From Persephonella sp. (GTDB taxonomy: Bacteria; Aquificota; Aquificia; Aquificales; Hydrogenothermaceae): a stretch of DNA of 64,000 bases. The DNA lies in contig NZ_WFPS01000008.1 in NCBI RefSeq assembly GCF_015487465.1, forward strand, positions 10,139 through 74,138, given 5' to 3'. The notes beneath the pieces were generated by a model, which did not search any database, was not told the origin of the DNA, and worked only from the letters and a program-made list of their open reading frames with translations. Of this stretch, positions 48,081 to 57,412 are shown in pieces. How positions within the stretch are numbered: the stretch's first letter is position 1; every line of letters begins with the position of its first letter. Both the position numbers and the translations under genes were made by a program.

Positions 48081-49025
48081 TTATTTCTCTGTGAACCTTC
48101 CCATTGAGTAAAATTTTGCCTGTCTTTTTTCCACAAGGGTTTCAGGATCTATGTTGATAATCTCTTTCAAGCTGTTTCTTAAGGCTCTTTTTAAAAGCCT
48201 GAACATTTTTTTAGGCTGGAGGTGTGCCCCTCCAAGCGGTTCAGGAACTATACAGTCTATTATTCCAAGCTCTTTAAGGTCTTTTGCTGTTATTTTCAGG
48301 CTTTCAGCAGCTTCAGGTGCTTTTTCCTGTGATTTAAAAAGTATGGCAGCACAACCTTCAGGAGAAATAACAGAGTATATTGAGTTTTCAAGCATAAGTA
48401 TTCTGTCTCCCACCCCAAGGGCAAGGGCTCCACCGCTTCCCCCTTCACCAATAACTGTGCAAACGATAGGTGTTTTCAGACCTCCCATCGTCATAATGCT
48501 TTCGGCGATAGCCTGAGACTGACCTCTTTCTTCTGCTCCAATTCCCGGGTAAGCCCCCGGTGTGTCAATAAATGTGATGACCGGTCTTCCGAACTTTTCA
48601 GCAAGCTTCATAATTCTGATAGCTTTTCTATAGCCTTCAGGGTGGGGCATACCAAAATTCCTCTCTATCTTTTCCTTGGTGTCTTTTCCCTTTTCATGTC
48701 CTATCACGGCAACAGGAATTCCTTCAAAAAAAGCAAATCCGGCTATTATGGCTTTGTCATCTCCAAATCTTCTATCTCCGTGGAGTTCAATAAAATCTGT
48801 AAATAGGTTCTGTATGTAGTCGCTTGTATGGGGTCTTTTAGGGTGTCTTGCAAGCTGAACCCTTTCCCATGCTGAAAGCTGCTGCATCTTTGTTCTTGCC
48901 AGTTTTCTAAATTCTTTCCTTGCTTGAATAAGCTCATCTATTTTTTCCTTTTTTCCATGCTTTATCTCTTTTCTCAGAATTTCTATTTTTTCCGATAACG
49001 ACTGAATTTCTTTGCTCAGATCCAT
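48081..49025 (-). CDS. accA: acetyl-CoA carboxylase carboxyltransferase alpha subunit
   Basis: ARHPKRP...[17 protein letters not shown]...[10 protein letters not shown]. Confidence 0.95.
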   Translation of the reverse strand: MDLSKEIQSLSEKIEILRKEIKHGKKEKIDELIQARKEFRKLARTKMQQLSAWERVQLARHPKRPHTSDYIQNLFTDFIELHGDRRFGDDKAIIAGFAFFEGIPVAVIGHEKGKDTKEKIERNFGMPHPEGYRKAIRIMKLAEKFGRPVITFIDTPGAYPGIGAEERGQSQAIAESIMTMGGLKTPIVCTVIGEGGSGGALALGVGDRILMLENSIYSVISPEGCAAILFKSQEKAPEAAESLKITAKDLKELGIIDCIVPEPLGGAHLQPKKMFRLLKRALRNSLKEIINIDPETLVEKRQAKFYSMGRFTEK

Positions 49026-49034
49026 ACCAACCCC

Positions 49035-50036
49035 TTAAACAAATTCTTTAACTGCAAGGTATAAATAAACTATATAAAATATGCCTCCAATTGTAAGACC
49101 AAACGGTATTAATCTTTTTTCAACATAAGACAGTGTTAAAGCTAAAAAACCAGCCATTATGGCAAATATACCTGACACAAGGGCAAGCCCTGTTATATTC
49201 CATTCGGTAAATACTATACCAAAACTTACAGGAAGTGTGCTCTGAAAAACCATCGCACCGCTTACATTACCTATCGCGAGGGAGTCTTTCTTCCTGAAAA
49301 TCCAGTATATACTGTTTGCTTTTTCAGGTAGTTCTGTGGCTATAGGAGCAACAATAAGGGAAAACAGGAGAGCAGGAAATCCAAAATGAAGGCTTATTTT
49401 CTCTATGCCGCTTACGAACATGTGTGCTCCTGAGATCATTACTATGAGGGCAACTACAACTTGAGTTATGATGATTATAATGTGTGGGTGGGGATTGTTT
49501 GGAGAAAAGTAGAGCTTTTCAACAGCCTCCATCTCGTTACTTTTTCCTTTAAGTGTTAACATCACATAAAGAACATATAAGCCGACCAAAAATAAAGCTG
49601 TAAAAATTCTAAGTGTGTGGTTTTCAAAAGGAACGATAAAAAGTGCTATTGAGTAAGCAAAAAGAAAAAATACCATATCTCTTCTAAAACCGATGGTTTC
49701 GATATGAAGCTCAAGATCCCTTTTTCTCAAAAGAAAATAGCCTAACAAAACGGTAATACCTATAAGGGGAAAAGCCAGTGTTGCCAGCATAAAAGGAGCA
49801 CCCAAAATAGCCCCTACTCCTATCTCGTGTCCCTTTCCTTCTGCGAAAAACAGCACGGCTATTATAGGCAGAATTGTCTCAGGTAGGGCTGTTCCAACAG
49901 CTGCGAGGACACTTCCTGTAAAGTTTGTTGAAAGTTTTAACCTGTGTCCTAAAGCCTCAATGCCGTTTGTGAAAACTTCGGCTGATATGAGTATAAAGAT
50001 CAGCCCCAGAACAAAAAGAAGTATGTCAAACAGCAT
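49035..50036 (-). CDS. Ca2+/cation antiporter (CaCA/YrbG-like) family membrane protein
   Basis: Two alpha-repeat signatures, GTALPE and ATELPEK, in a ~10-TM protein. Confidence 0.8.
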   Translation of the reverse strand: MLFDILLFVLGLIFILISAEVFTNGIEALGHRLKLSTNFTGSVLAAVGTALPETILPIIAVLFFAEGKGHEIGVGAILGAPFMLATLAFPLIGITVLLGYFLLRKRDLELHIETIGFRRDMVFFLFAYSIALFIVPFENHTLRIFTALFLVGLYVLYVMLTLKGKSNEMEAVEKLYFSPNNPHPHIIIIITQVVVALIVMISGAHMFVSGIEKISLHFGFPALLFSLIVAPIATELPEKANSIYWIFRKKDSLAIGNVSGAMVFQSTLPVSFGIVFTEWNITGLALVSGIFAIMAGFLALTLSYVEKRLIPFGLTIGGIFYIVYLYLAVKEFV

Positions 50037-51689
50037 TTATTTTTCTAACCCCTTGAGTTTTTCCTTGAGAATATCCCCCAGGGTTCCTAAGGAGTCTCCC
50101 TTAGGTTTGACTTTTTCAAGATTTTTCTTTATCTCATTTTTTTCTTTTTCTTTTTCAACAGCTTTTATGCTCAGTATTATGTCGTTGCCTTTTATCTTTA
50201 TTATTTTTGCCTCAATTTCCTGATTGAGAGAAAGTTTATCGCTGGGAATTTCTATCTTTTCTTTTGAAATCTGATTTACCGGTATAAACCCTTCAACATC
50301 TTCATCAAGCTCAACAAAGGCTCCCCTATCAATCAGTTTGATAACTTTTCCTTTTACTGTATCCCCTTCTTTGTGGGTTGACAGGTAGCTTTCCCATGGG
50401 TTTTGTCTGAACTGTTTTAAGCCCAGCCTGATTCTATTTCCTTCTCTTCCTAATACTTTAAACTGTCTGACCGATTTTCCTTTTAAGATGTTTGATATAT
50501 TTTTTATTTTTGGGTTCCATGTTGCATCTTCAATATGAAGAACCCCTTCTATCTCCCCAAGATCAACAACAGCCATCTTTGTTTTTATCTCTTTTATCCT
50601 TCCCTCAACAACCGATCCTTCTGGATTTTCTTTCAGGAATTTCTCTACAGGGTGTGGAACTGTTGCCTTAATGCTCAGCTTTAATCTTCTTCTATCCCTG
50701 TCTAACTCTATGATTTTTGCTTTTACAGTCTGACCTGTTTTAAACCTGTTTTTGTATTCAAGAGGTCTTAGATGATCTGTCTCCATTTTGTAAACAAAAC
50801 CTTCTATGTCTCCCACTTTAACGACTATTCCGTAATTATTTATCTCTTTAATTTTTCCTTCAATGAGATCTCCCTCTTTTTTGTCAAACTCTTTCCACGG
50901 ATCAGGTTCAAGATCCCTTTTGGAGAAAACGATCTTTTTGTTTTCCATATCAATGTTTTTGACTGCAACCTCTATCTCGTCGCCCACAGATAGCTCCTGA
51001 CTGATTTTTCTTGATCTATCCCATGAGTACAGACCCTGTGGAAGAAATCCAAATACCGTGTTTTCAAGGGAGAGGACTGCTCCGTTTTCAAGGATTTTTA
51101 CAACTTTTCCTTTTACAACCTTTCCTTCCTCAAGGAGACTGAATATCTGCTCCTTTTTCTTTTCTTCCTCTTCTTTTATAACATCTTTTCTTGAGACAAC
51201 GATGTTTGGACCCTTTTCCCTTTCTTCAAACTTTATTACATAAACCTCAAATTCTGCAGGAGGATACTCTTCTCCCTTTTTTAGACCTGATTCTGAGTAT
51301 GGAAGGTAGGCTTTAACTCCGTCTATGTCAACTAAAAAACCTTTATTAACCTTTTTTATCAGTTTTACTTTTACTTTTTGTCTGTTTTCAAAGGCATTCT
51401 TAACATTTTCAAGACTTTTTCTGTAGATTATAGGTTTTCTTGATATCAGATCATATCCTTCTTTGTTTTTCTTTCCAAGATAAACAGCTTCTATCTCGTC
51501 TCCTTCTTTTAATCCTTCTATCTCCTTTGAATCTATGGCGACTTCTGTTTTCTGTCCTACATCAACAAATGCTGTGTTCTCCTGTATTTTAACTATTCTT
51601 CCTTTTATAATCTGACCTTTGTGGTAAAAATGTATGTTTGCAGATTCTTCTTCTAACAGCTTTTCAAACTCATCATGAAAGTTTTCCAT
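50037..51689 (-). CDS. rpsA: 30S ribosomal protein S1
   Basis: 550 aa of repeated S1 OB-fold units (G.i..G.V....g..V..g...GF.P). Confidence 0.9.
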   Translation of the reverse strand: MENFHDEFEKLLEEESANIHFYHKGQIIKGRIVKIQENTAFVDVGQKTEVAIDSKEIEGLKEGDEIEAVYLGKKNKEGYDLISRKPIIYRKSLENVKNAFENRQKVKVKLIKKVNKGFLVDIDGVKAYLPYSESGLKKGEEYPPAEFEVYVIKFEEREKGPNIVVSRKDVIKEEEEKKKEQIFSLLEEGKVVKGKVVKILENGAVLSLENTVFGFLPQGLYSWDRSRKISQELSVGDEIEVAVKNIDMENKKIVFSKRDLEPDPWKEFDKKEGDLIEGKIKEINNYGIVVKVGDIEGFVYKMETDHLRPLEYKNRFKTGQTVKAKIIELDRDRRRLKLSIKATVPHPVEKFLKENPEGSVVEGRIKEIKTKMAVVDLGEIEGVLHIEDATWNPKIKNISNILKGKSVRQFKVLGREGNRIRLGLKQFRQNPWESYLSTHKEGDTVKGKVIKLIDRGAFVELDEDVEGFIPVNQISKEKIEIPSDKLSLNQEIEAKIIKIKGNDIILSIKAVEKEKEKNEIKKNLEKVKPKGDSLGTLGDILKEKLKGLEK

Positions 51690-51769
51690 AATAAACCCCG
51701 TTGTGTTGGTTGCTTAAACAGAAATTTTAGCATTTTTTCCTGTATTTTTCCTTCAGTTTGGACTTTGTT

Positions 51770-52810
51770 TTACGGTTTTATCTGGGCTGTAAACTCCCCT
51801 TTTTCGTATCTTATGCTGACCTCCCACCCTATTTCCAGACACAATTTTTTTACTATACTCAGACCTATTCCCACTCCTCTATCTGTTTCTTTGTAGTATC
51901 TGTCAAAAAGTTTATCAGGATTTTTAATATACGGCGAAGAGTTTTTTATCACAAGTTCTTTATCAAGTTTTATTTTAACATAACCATCTTTTATATTGTG
52001 CTTAAAGGCGTTTGATAGAAGATTTGTTATTATTCTTTCTGCAACTGTTTTGTCAACACGAACGGTAAGATCATTCAGCTCTGTTTCCACTTTTATCTCA
52101 GGATATATTTTCCTGAAAAAGTTGATCTCAGATTTAACAATATCTTTAAGATTTACTTCCTGTATATTTTTTTCTGTTTCTTTGATAAGACTTTTTAGAT
52201 TGTTGTATATGTTAGAAAGTTGCTTTGTTGCCAGTATTGTGTTTTCAACATCTTCATCATTTTTATACTTTGATTTGAGGATTTTCATATTTATCAGTAT
52301 GCTGGATACAGGTGTGTTTATGTCGTGAATTATATCTTTTACAGATTCGTCAAGCATTAGGTAAGCCCTTCTCAAAGGGGATAAGGAATAGATAGAAAAT
52401 AAAAATGATAGGACAAGGATAATAATAACAGATAGGACATAGATGTATATAATCTGGTTCATAGCTGTAAAAAGCTCTTTTTTGAACTTATCCTTACTAT
52501 ATTTTATCCTTAATACTTCCTTTTCTAAAAAAGGGATTGGAACATCAATGTGGTAACTGTTTCCATTTTCTAAAAGCTCATAAAACTTTGTATTTTTTGG
52601 GGAAACAATTTCTGTTTCAAACTTGTCTCCTTTCAGGGTAAGGGAATAGTTCTTCATCTCAAGATATAGAGAGTAGAGTTTTTCCTGTTTTAGGTTTTTG
52701 TAGTAGAAAATGAATAGAAGAGAAATAAAGATAAACATAGAAATGAAAAATAGTAAAAAACTTTTCAGGAAAGACTCTTTTTCATATCTGTTTTTTAAGA
52801 ATTTCATCAT
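51770..52810 (-). CDS. sensor histidine kinase
   Basis: Two TM segments, H-box IHDINTPVS, N-box LLSNAFKHN and G-box GVGIGLSIV. 4-nt overlap with the response regulator. Confidence 0.85.
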   Translation of the reverse strand: MMKFLKNRYEKESFLKSFLLFFISMFIFISLLFIFYYKNLKQEKLYSLYLEMKNYSLTLKGDKFETEIVSPKNTKFYELLENGNSYHIDVPIPFLEKEVLRIKYSKDKFKKELFTAMNQIIYIYVLSVIIILVLSFLFSIYSLSPLRRAYLMLDESVKDIIHDINTPVSSILINMKILKSKYKNDEDVENTILATKQLSNIYNNLKSLIKETEKNIQEVNLKDIVKSEINFFRKIYPEIKVETELNDLTVRVDKTVAERIITNLLSNAFKHNIKDGYVKIKLDKELVIKNSSPYIKNPDKLFDRYYKETDRGVGIGLSIVKKLCLEIGWEVSIRYEKGEFTAQIKP

Positions 52811-53442
52811 TGCAAAATGTATCCTAAACCTCTAACAGCTTTTATTTCCAGTCCTGTTTTTTTCTTGATTTTGGACATGGTTACCCTTAAACCAAGATCG
52901 GAAGGGTGTTCCATAAGTTCAAAAAATCTTTCTTTAGGAACAACTCTTCCCTGATTTTTTATCAGCTTTTTTAAAAAATTAAGCTGGAGGGGGGTAAGGT
53001 CAAGGGGGGTTCCGTTTTTGTATGCTGTGTTTTCTTTTACAACAATATCTTTGTAAGATAGCTTTTCCTCCTCTATTTCCCTTTTGCTTTCCAGCCTTAC
53101 CTTTATTCTCACAAGAAGCTCATCAGGATCAAAAGGCTTTTTTATGTAATCTTCAGCTCCTGCATTGAACCCTTTAACTACTGTTTTTGAGTCTCTCAAA
53201 GCACTTATGAAGATTGTTGGAGTTTTATCGTCAGCAAATCTGAGATCTTCAAGTAAATGAATACCATTTCCGTCTTTAAGGTTTATGTCAAAAATGTAAA
53301 GATCATACCTGTTTTCAAAGGTTTTATCTCCAGCTTCAAAGTAGCTCTTGGCAATGTCAACCTGGTATCCATGCATTCTAAGATATCTTGCAAGGCTGTT
53401 TGCCAGAACTGTATCGTCCTCAACCAGAAGGATCCTTTTCAT
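52807..53442 (-). CDS. OmpR-family response regulator
   Basis: Receiver domain (ILLVEDD, FDINLKDGNG, KPF) plus a winged-helix C-terminus ending RGLGYILQ. Confidence 0.9.
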   Translation of the reverse strand: MKRILLVEDDTVLANSLARYLRMHGYQVDIAKSYFEAGDKTFENRYDLYIFDINLKDGNGIHLLEDLRFADDKTPTIFISALRDSKTVVKGFNAGAEDYIKKPFDPDELLVRIKVRLESKREIEEEKLSYKDIVVKENTAYKNGTPLDLTPLQLNFLKKLIKNQGRVVPKERFFELMEHPSDLGLRVTMSKIKKKTGLEIKAVRGLGYILQ

Positions 53443-53444
53443 TT

Positions 53445-54239
53445 TTAGTACCTTACCCCCAATTTTCCAAAAAATGAGTGGTCTGTTGCTGCGTTACTTA
53501 TCCCGTAACTGTAGCTGAATGTTGCGTAATATTTCTTGTTAAATCTATAAAGACAAAAATAACCTAAGTAATATCTCATTTTTCCTGTTATTGCTGATGA
53601 ACCCATATCCAGAGATAAACTGTTGTAAAACTTTTTAGAGATCTGATATCCTGCTCCCATTGATATTGTATTTACATTTTTTTTGTTTGAATCTCCCTTT
53701 ATTGTATATCCGTAATAAATAAAGTAATCGTCTTTTCCTCTAATGTAGTCAAGGGTTATAGAGGGGGTAAAATCAAACTTGTTGTCTGTAAGTTTGCCTT
53801 TCCCTGTCGGCAGCTTAATGTTTAAGCCGAATATAGTGTATGTTTTTCCGAAAAATTTTGCATAACTTCCATAAAGAAAGCTGTTACCCAGTCCAGAATC
53901 ATTTACATAATCATTTTGAAAATAGTAGTAAGATGTCCACGAAATATAAAATCCTTTACGGGCATAAGCTATAGATAGGGAAGAAGAAATAGAACTGGCT
54001 GAACCTTCTTTAGAATAACCTCCTCCTATTTTGAGGTAAAATGTGCCTTTAGGTTTGGATATCCTTTCCTGTCTTGCTTTTCCTAAAGGACATCCGTCAG
54101 GTCCAACAAGCTGATTAAATGGGGTGTTGGGACATTTATCATATTTGTCGTCAACACCATCTAAATCAGAATCTGTAAATGCTGCCGCCGGATAAATGCA
54201 AGAGAGTATAAGCCCCGCTGTGATTATTTTTTTCTCCAT
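53445..54239 (-). CDS. outer-membrane beta-barrel protein with an N-terminal thrombospondin-type-3-like Ca-binding/Cys motif
   Basis: Signal peptide, DSDLDGVDDKYDKCPNTP...GPDGCP, alternating aromatic beta-strand pattern and a C-terminal GVRY. Confidence 0.6.
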   Translation of the reverse strand: MEKKIITAGLILSCIYPAAAFTDSDLDGVDDKYDKCPNTPFNQLVGPDGCPLGKARQERISKPKGTFYLKIGGGYSKEGSASSISSSLSIAYARKGFYISWTSYYYFQNDYVNDSGLGNSFLYGSYAKFFGKTYTIFGLNIKLPTGKGKLTDNKFDFTPSITLDYIRGKDDYFIYYGYTIKGDSNKKNVNTISMGAGYQISKKFYNSLSLDMGSSAITGKMRYYLGYFCLYRFNKKYYATFSYSYGISNAATDHSFFGKLGVRY

Positions 54240-54265
54240 TCCTTACTCCTTATTTATATTTTTTT

Positions 54266-54291
54266 GGTTCCCGGGAACCAGTTAACTGGTT
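54266..54291. promoter_or_regulatory. two overlapping perfect palindromes (GGTTCCCGGGAACC and AACCAGTTAACTGGTT)
   Basis: Read directly. They sit in the 83-nt gap between the repeat-protein gene and the OMP gene. Function unknown. Confidence 0.4.
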
Positions 54292-54322
54292 TGATTTCAA
54301 AAAATATCATACAAAATTCTTG

Positions 54323-55171
54323 TTAATCCCTGTCATAATCTACCTCATGTTCATATTCATATTCCTCATTCAAATTATATCTTTCCTGACTTTCGGAACT
54401 TTTTTCCTCAATTTCATTTGATTTTTCCATCATGTACTCCTGCAATTCGCTTGTGTGTTCTTCTACCTCATGGGATTTTTCTGTCATGTACTCCTGCATT
54501 TCGCTTGTGTGTTCTTCTGTTTCGTGAGATTTTTCCATCATATCATCATAGTGCTCATTATTTTCGTACTCGTATTCATGCTCATGCTCGTGTTCATATT
54601 CGTGTTCATGCTCATGTTCTTTAGAGTATTCTTTTTCGTGGTGGTTTTCTCTTAGTTCTTCAACTATCTCATGCATGTATTTTTCTCTTTCTTTTTTGCT
54701 CATCTCCATCATCTTTTCTTTTAACTGGTTCATATAGATGTATCTTTTGTCAGAGGGAGCTGTTTTCACCTTTTCAACAAGGTTTTTAATCTGCATTTTA
54801 GGGTCAGTTGCTGCAGCCGGTGTTCCACCGTTAGCTGGTGTAGCAGCAGGGTCAGTTGCTGCAGCCGGTGTTCCACCGTTAGCTGGTGTAGCAGCAGGAT
54901 CAGTTGCTGTAGCCGGTGTTCCACCGTTAGCTGGTGTAGCAGCAGGGTCAGTTGCTGTAGCCGGTGTTCCACCGTTAGCTGGTGTAGCAGCAGGATCAGT
55001 TGCTGTAGCCGGTGTTCCACCGTTAGCTGGTGTAGCAGCAGGATCAGTTGCTGTAGCCGGTGTTCCACCGTTAGCTGGTGTAGCAGCAGGATCAGTTGCT
55101 GTTCCTACCTGGGCATAAGCCCCAATACTTGATGCTAAAATAGCAGCCATTAAAAGTTTTGCCTTTTTCAT
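54323..55171 (-). CDS. secreted tandem-repeat protein with a His/Glu/Met/Tyr-rich C-terminal region (putative periplasmic metal-binding protein)
   Basis: Signal peptide, 6.3 copies of TATDPAATPANGGTPA, HEHEHEYEHEHEHEYEYE, and three copies of EKSHExEEHTSExQEYM. Confidence 0.75.
   Translation of the reverse strand: MKKAKLLMAAILASSIGAYAQVGTATDPAATPANGGTPATATDPAATPANGGTPATATDPAATPANGGTPATATDPAATPANGGTPATATDPAATPANGGTPAAATDPAATPANGGTPAAATDPKMQIKNLVEKVKTAPSDKRYIYMNQLKEKMMEMSKKEREKYMHEIVEELRENHHEKEYSKEHEHEHEYEHEHEHEYEYENNEHYDDMMEKSHETEEHTSEMQEYMTEKSHEVEEHTSELQEYMMEKSNEIEEKSSESQERYNLNEEYEYEHEVDYDRD
54801..55102. repeat. 48-bp tandem repeat, about 6.3 copies, in-frame within the CDS
   Basis: Near-identical units (ggtgttccaccgttagctggtgtagcagcaggRtcagttgctgYagcc) are visible directly. 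Confidence 0.9.
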
Positions 55172-55231
55172 GGCTAAATACCTCCTGAGTTTAATTTGAT
55201 TAAATACTACAGGAGGAAGGTTACCGAAATG

Positions 55232-55930
55232 TTACCGGGATTGTTTTTCTTCTTTTAGGAGGTCTTTTCGTGTCATCTTTACTTTTATTATTATTTCTAC
55301 CCTGTCATTCCTTCTTCTCAGAAGAGGGTGGTTCCATGTGTAAATAGGTTTTGTGTTTCCAAATCCTGCTGCTGATATTTTTTTGGGATCAACGCCGTTT
55401 TTTATAAGAAATTCAGCAACTGCAACAGCCCTTTTGACAGATAATTCCCATGGATCAACTCCTTTTGGGGGATTAATGTCTGTATGCCCTTCTATTCTGA
55501 TGTCTATTTCATTTTTCGAAAGGGCTTGCAGTGCTTTTGCTACGCTTTTTAGAGCTTTTTTTGCATTTTCCGAAAGCTGGGCGCTGTCTTTTTGAAAAAC
55601 AACATCATTGAACAGCCTTAATATGACATAATCCTCAATAACCTCAATCTGATACGCATGGATAGGCAGTATTCTTTTAATTCTTTCTTTTAATGATAAT
55701 GCCATATCCTTCGGCAGCATACTTATAGGTGGGAGGAGAGAGAGGGTCTTTGTATATTGAAGAACCCTTTCCCCCTGAAAATACCACAAAAATTTCATCA
55801 GCTTTTTTATGTCCAGAACACTCATTGAGTATAGAAGGATAAAGAATGTAAGGAGAAGGGACATCAGATCGCTGAAACTTATAAGCCAAGCTGGAACACT
55901 GGGGCATTCTTCCTTTTTTTTCCTTGCCAT
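55232..55930 (-). CDS. motB: flagellar stator protein MotB paralog (distal copy)
   Basis: N-terminal plug/TM with conserved Asp (WLISFSDLMSLLLTFF) and an OmpA-like C-terminus (IEGHTD, RRRNDRVEI). Confidence 0.85.
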   Translation of the reverse strand: MARKKKEECPSVPAWLISFSDLMSLLLTFFILLYSMSVLDIKKLMKFLWYFQGERVLQYTKTLSLLPPISMLPKDMALSLKERIKRILPIHAYQIEVIEDYVILRLFNDVVFQKDSAQLSENAKKALKSVAKALQALSKNEIDIRIEGHTDINPPKGVDPWELSVKRAVAVAEFLIKNGVDPKKISAAGFGNTKPIYTWNHPLLRRRNDRVEIIIKVKMTRKDLLKEEKQSR

Positions 55931-55938
55931 CTTTTCAC

Positions 55939-56637
55939 CTATGAAGCGTCAATGACAAACTCAACCCTTCTGTTTTTTGCTCTGTTCTTTGGAGTGTCGT
56001 TAGGTGCTATAGGTCTGTAAGGACCGTATCCCCTTGCAGATAGATATTTTTCAGGATAACCACACTGGAGAAACATTTTTAAAATGTTAAGAGCTCTGTA
56101 TGCAGAAAGCTCAAGATTTGAACTGTATCTTTTAGTTCTTATTGGAGTGTTGTCTGTATGCCCTTCTATAACCACGGTGAAGCCTGCCTGTTTTAACCTT
56201 CTGCACAAATCAAATATGTATGGAACTGCCTCTGGATACGGGTTTGCCCTTCCTGGTGGAAAAAATTTATCAGTGTTTATCCTAAATCTGATTATACTGC
56301 CGTGCTGGATAATGTCTGCCTGAATTCCGGCTTTTTGTAATTTTGCCTGTATGTCGTAAAGGGCTTTTGTAAGCATTTTTTTTCTTTTTATCTTTGGATA
56401 CATATCTGGAAACTCAAGGGGAACGTTTGACTGGTTCAAAAGTTTTTGCTCAAGATATATCTTTCTTCCACCTAAAGATTCTGTAACCCCTTTGATAACC
56501 ATGTGGAACTTTTCAAGGGATATGGTGCCCATTGAAAACAGAAGGATAAAGAATGTAAGGAGAAGGGACATCAGGTCCCCAAAACTTATAAGCCAGCCGG
56601 GTATTTTTTTGCATTCTTCTTTTTTTTTGCGTGCCAT
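55939..56637 (-). CDS. motB: flagellar stator protein MotB paralog (proximal copy)
   Basis: WLISFGDLMSLLLTFF TM with Asp, and an OmpA-like C-terminus (IEGHTDN.P, NLELSAYRA, NRRVEF). ATGTAATGG overlap region with motA. Confidence 0.85.
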   Translation of the reverse strand: MARKKKEECKKIPGWLISFGDLMSLLLTFFILLFSMGTISLEKFHMVIKGVTESLGGRKIYLEQKLLNQSNVPLEFPDMYPKIKRKKMLTKALYDIQAKLQKAGIQADIIQHGSIIRFRINTDKFFPPGRANPYPEAVPYIFDLCRRLKQAGFTVVIEGHTDNTPIRTKRYSSNLELSAYRALNILKMFLQCGYPEKYLSARGYGPYRPIAPNDTPKNRAKNRRVEFVIDAS

Positions 56638-57401
56638 TACATCTCTTCTCCGGCTTTAACACCTAAAAGGGACATTAACTTTCCTCTAAGAACATTCGGG
56701 TTTGTTCCGCTGTTTATCGCTTCAACAGTCAGAATATAGCTCTCTTTAAGAAGCAGAGACAGATCTTTGTAATACTTGAGCTTTTTTGAAACAGGAACAC
56801 ACAGAGCATTGGCAAGAACGGCACCGTAAAGTGTTGTTATCATGGCAACAGCCATACCTGGACCTAAGGCAGAAGGATCATTCAGGTTCTGAAGCATCTG
56901 GATAAGCCCTATCAGAGTTCCTATCATACCGAAAGCTGGAAACAGCTCTCCAAGGGCTTCCCAGACTGCCACTTCAGTTGACAAATCCTGATCTATTTTC
57001 ATCAGTGCTGTTTCTGCGTTGCTTTTTATCTCTTCAATGTCCTGACCATCTATCAGCATTCTCATTATGTCCCCAAACAGCTGATCCTTTTCGTAAAAGC
57101 TATCTATGTCTGATTCAAGTGCCAATATCCCGTTTTTTCTTGCTTTATTCACAACATCTACCAGAAAATCAATGTGTTCCAATGGATCAGGAAGACCCGG
57201 TTTGAATGCTTTTCCTATCGCTTTTACACCGTTTAGGAGTTCTTTGAGTGGGTATGAGGAGAGTGAAGCTGCAAAACCTCCTCCTATAACTATAAGCAGA
57301 GAGGGTATGTTTATAAAGGCAAGAGGGCTTCCCCCTAAAGCTATAGAGATTACAAGAAGTAAAAATGCCCCTAAAATACCAATTAGCGTTGCTATATCCA
57401 A
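56637..57401 (-). CDS. motA: flagellar stator channel protein MotA/PomA
   Basis: Four-TM MotA/TolQ/ExbB topology with PAFGMIGTLIGLI and TTLYG. Confidence 0.9.
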   Translation of the reverse strand: MDIATLIGILGAFLLLVISIALGGSPLAFINIPSLLIVIGGGFAASLSSYPLKELLNGVKAIGKAFKPGLPDPLEHIDFLVDVVNKARKNGILALESDIDSFYEKDQLFGDIMRMLIDGQDIEEIKSNAETALMKIDQDLSTEVAVWEALGELFPAFGMIGTLIGLIQMLQNLNDPSALGPGMAVAMITTLYGAVLANALCVPVSKKLKYYKDLSLLLKESYILTVEAINSGTNPNVLRGKLMSLLGVKAGEEM

Positions 57402-57412
57402 CTTTATCCTCT

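Noticed and set aside
54266-54291. The palindromes as a rho-independent terminator of the repeat-protein gene
   Set aside because: On the transcribed (minus) strand the GC-rich hairpin is followed by an A-run, not a U-run. The T7 run lies on the wrong side. I kept it only as a candidate regulatory or processing element.
54801-55102. Regular 48-bp repeats considered as a possible CRISPR array
   Set aside because: There are no unique spacers between repeats, because the units are directly tandem. The repeats are in-frame inside a CDS, and no cas genes are in the window.
54738-55118. 126-aa + strand ORF and the 100-aa alternative-frame ORF (54766..55068) across the 48-bp repeats
   Set aside because: Both are open only because the tandem repeat lacks stops in several frames. 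The minus-strand frame has a signal peptide, an RBS context and a continuous 282-aa product, so it is the real gene.
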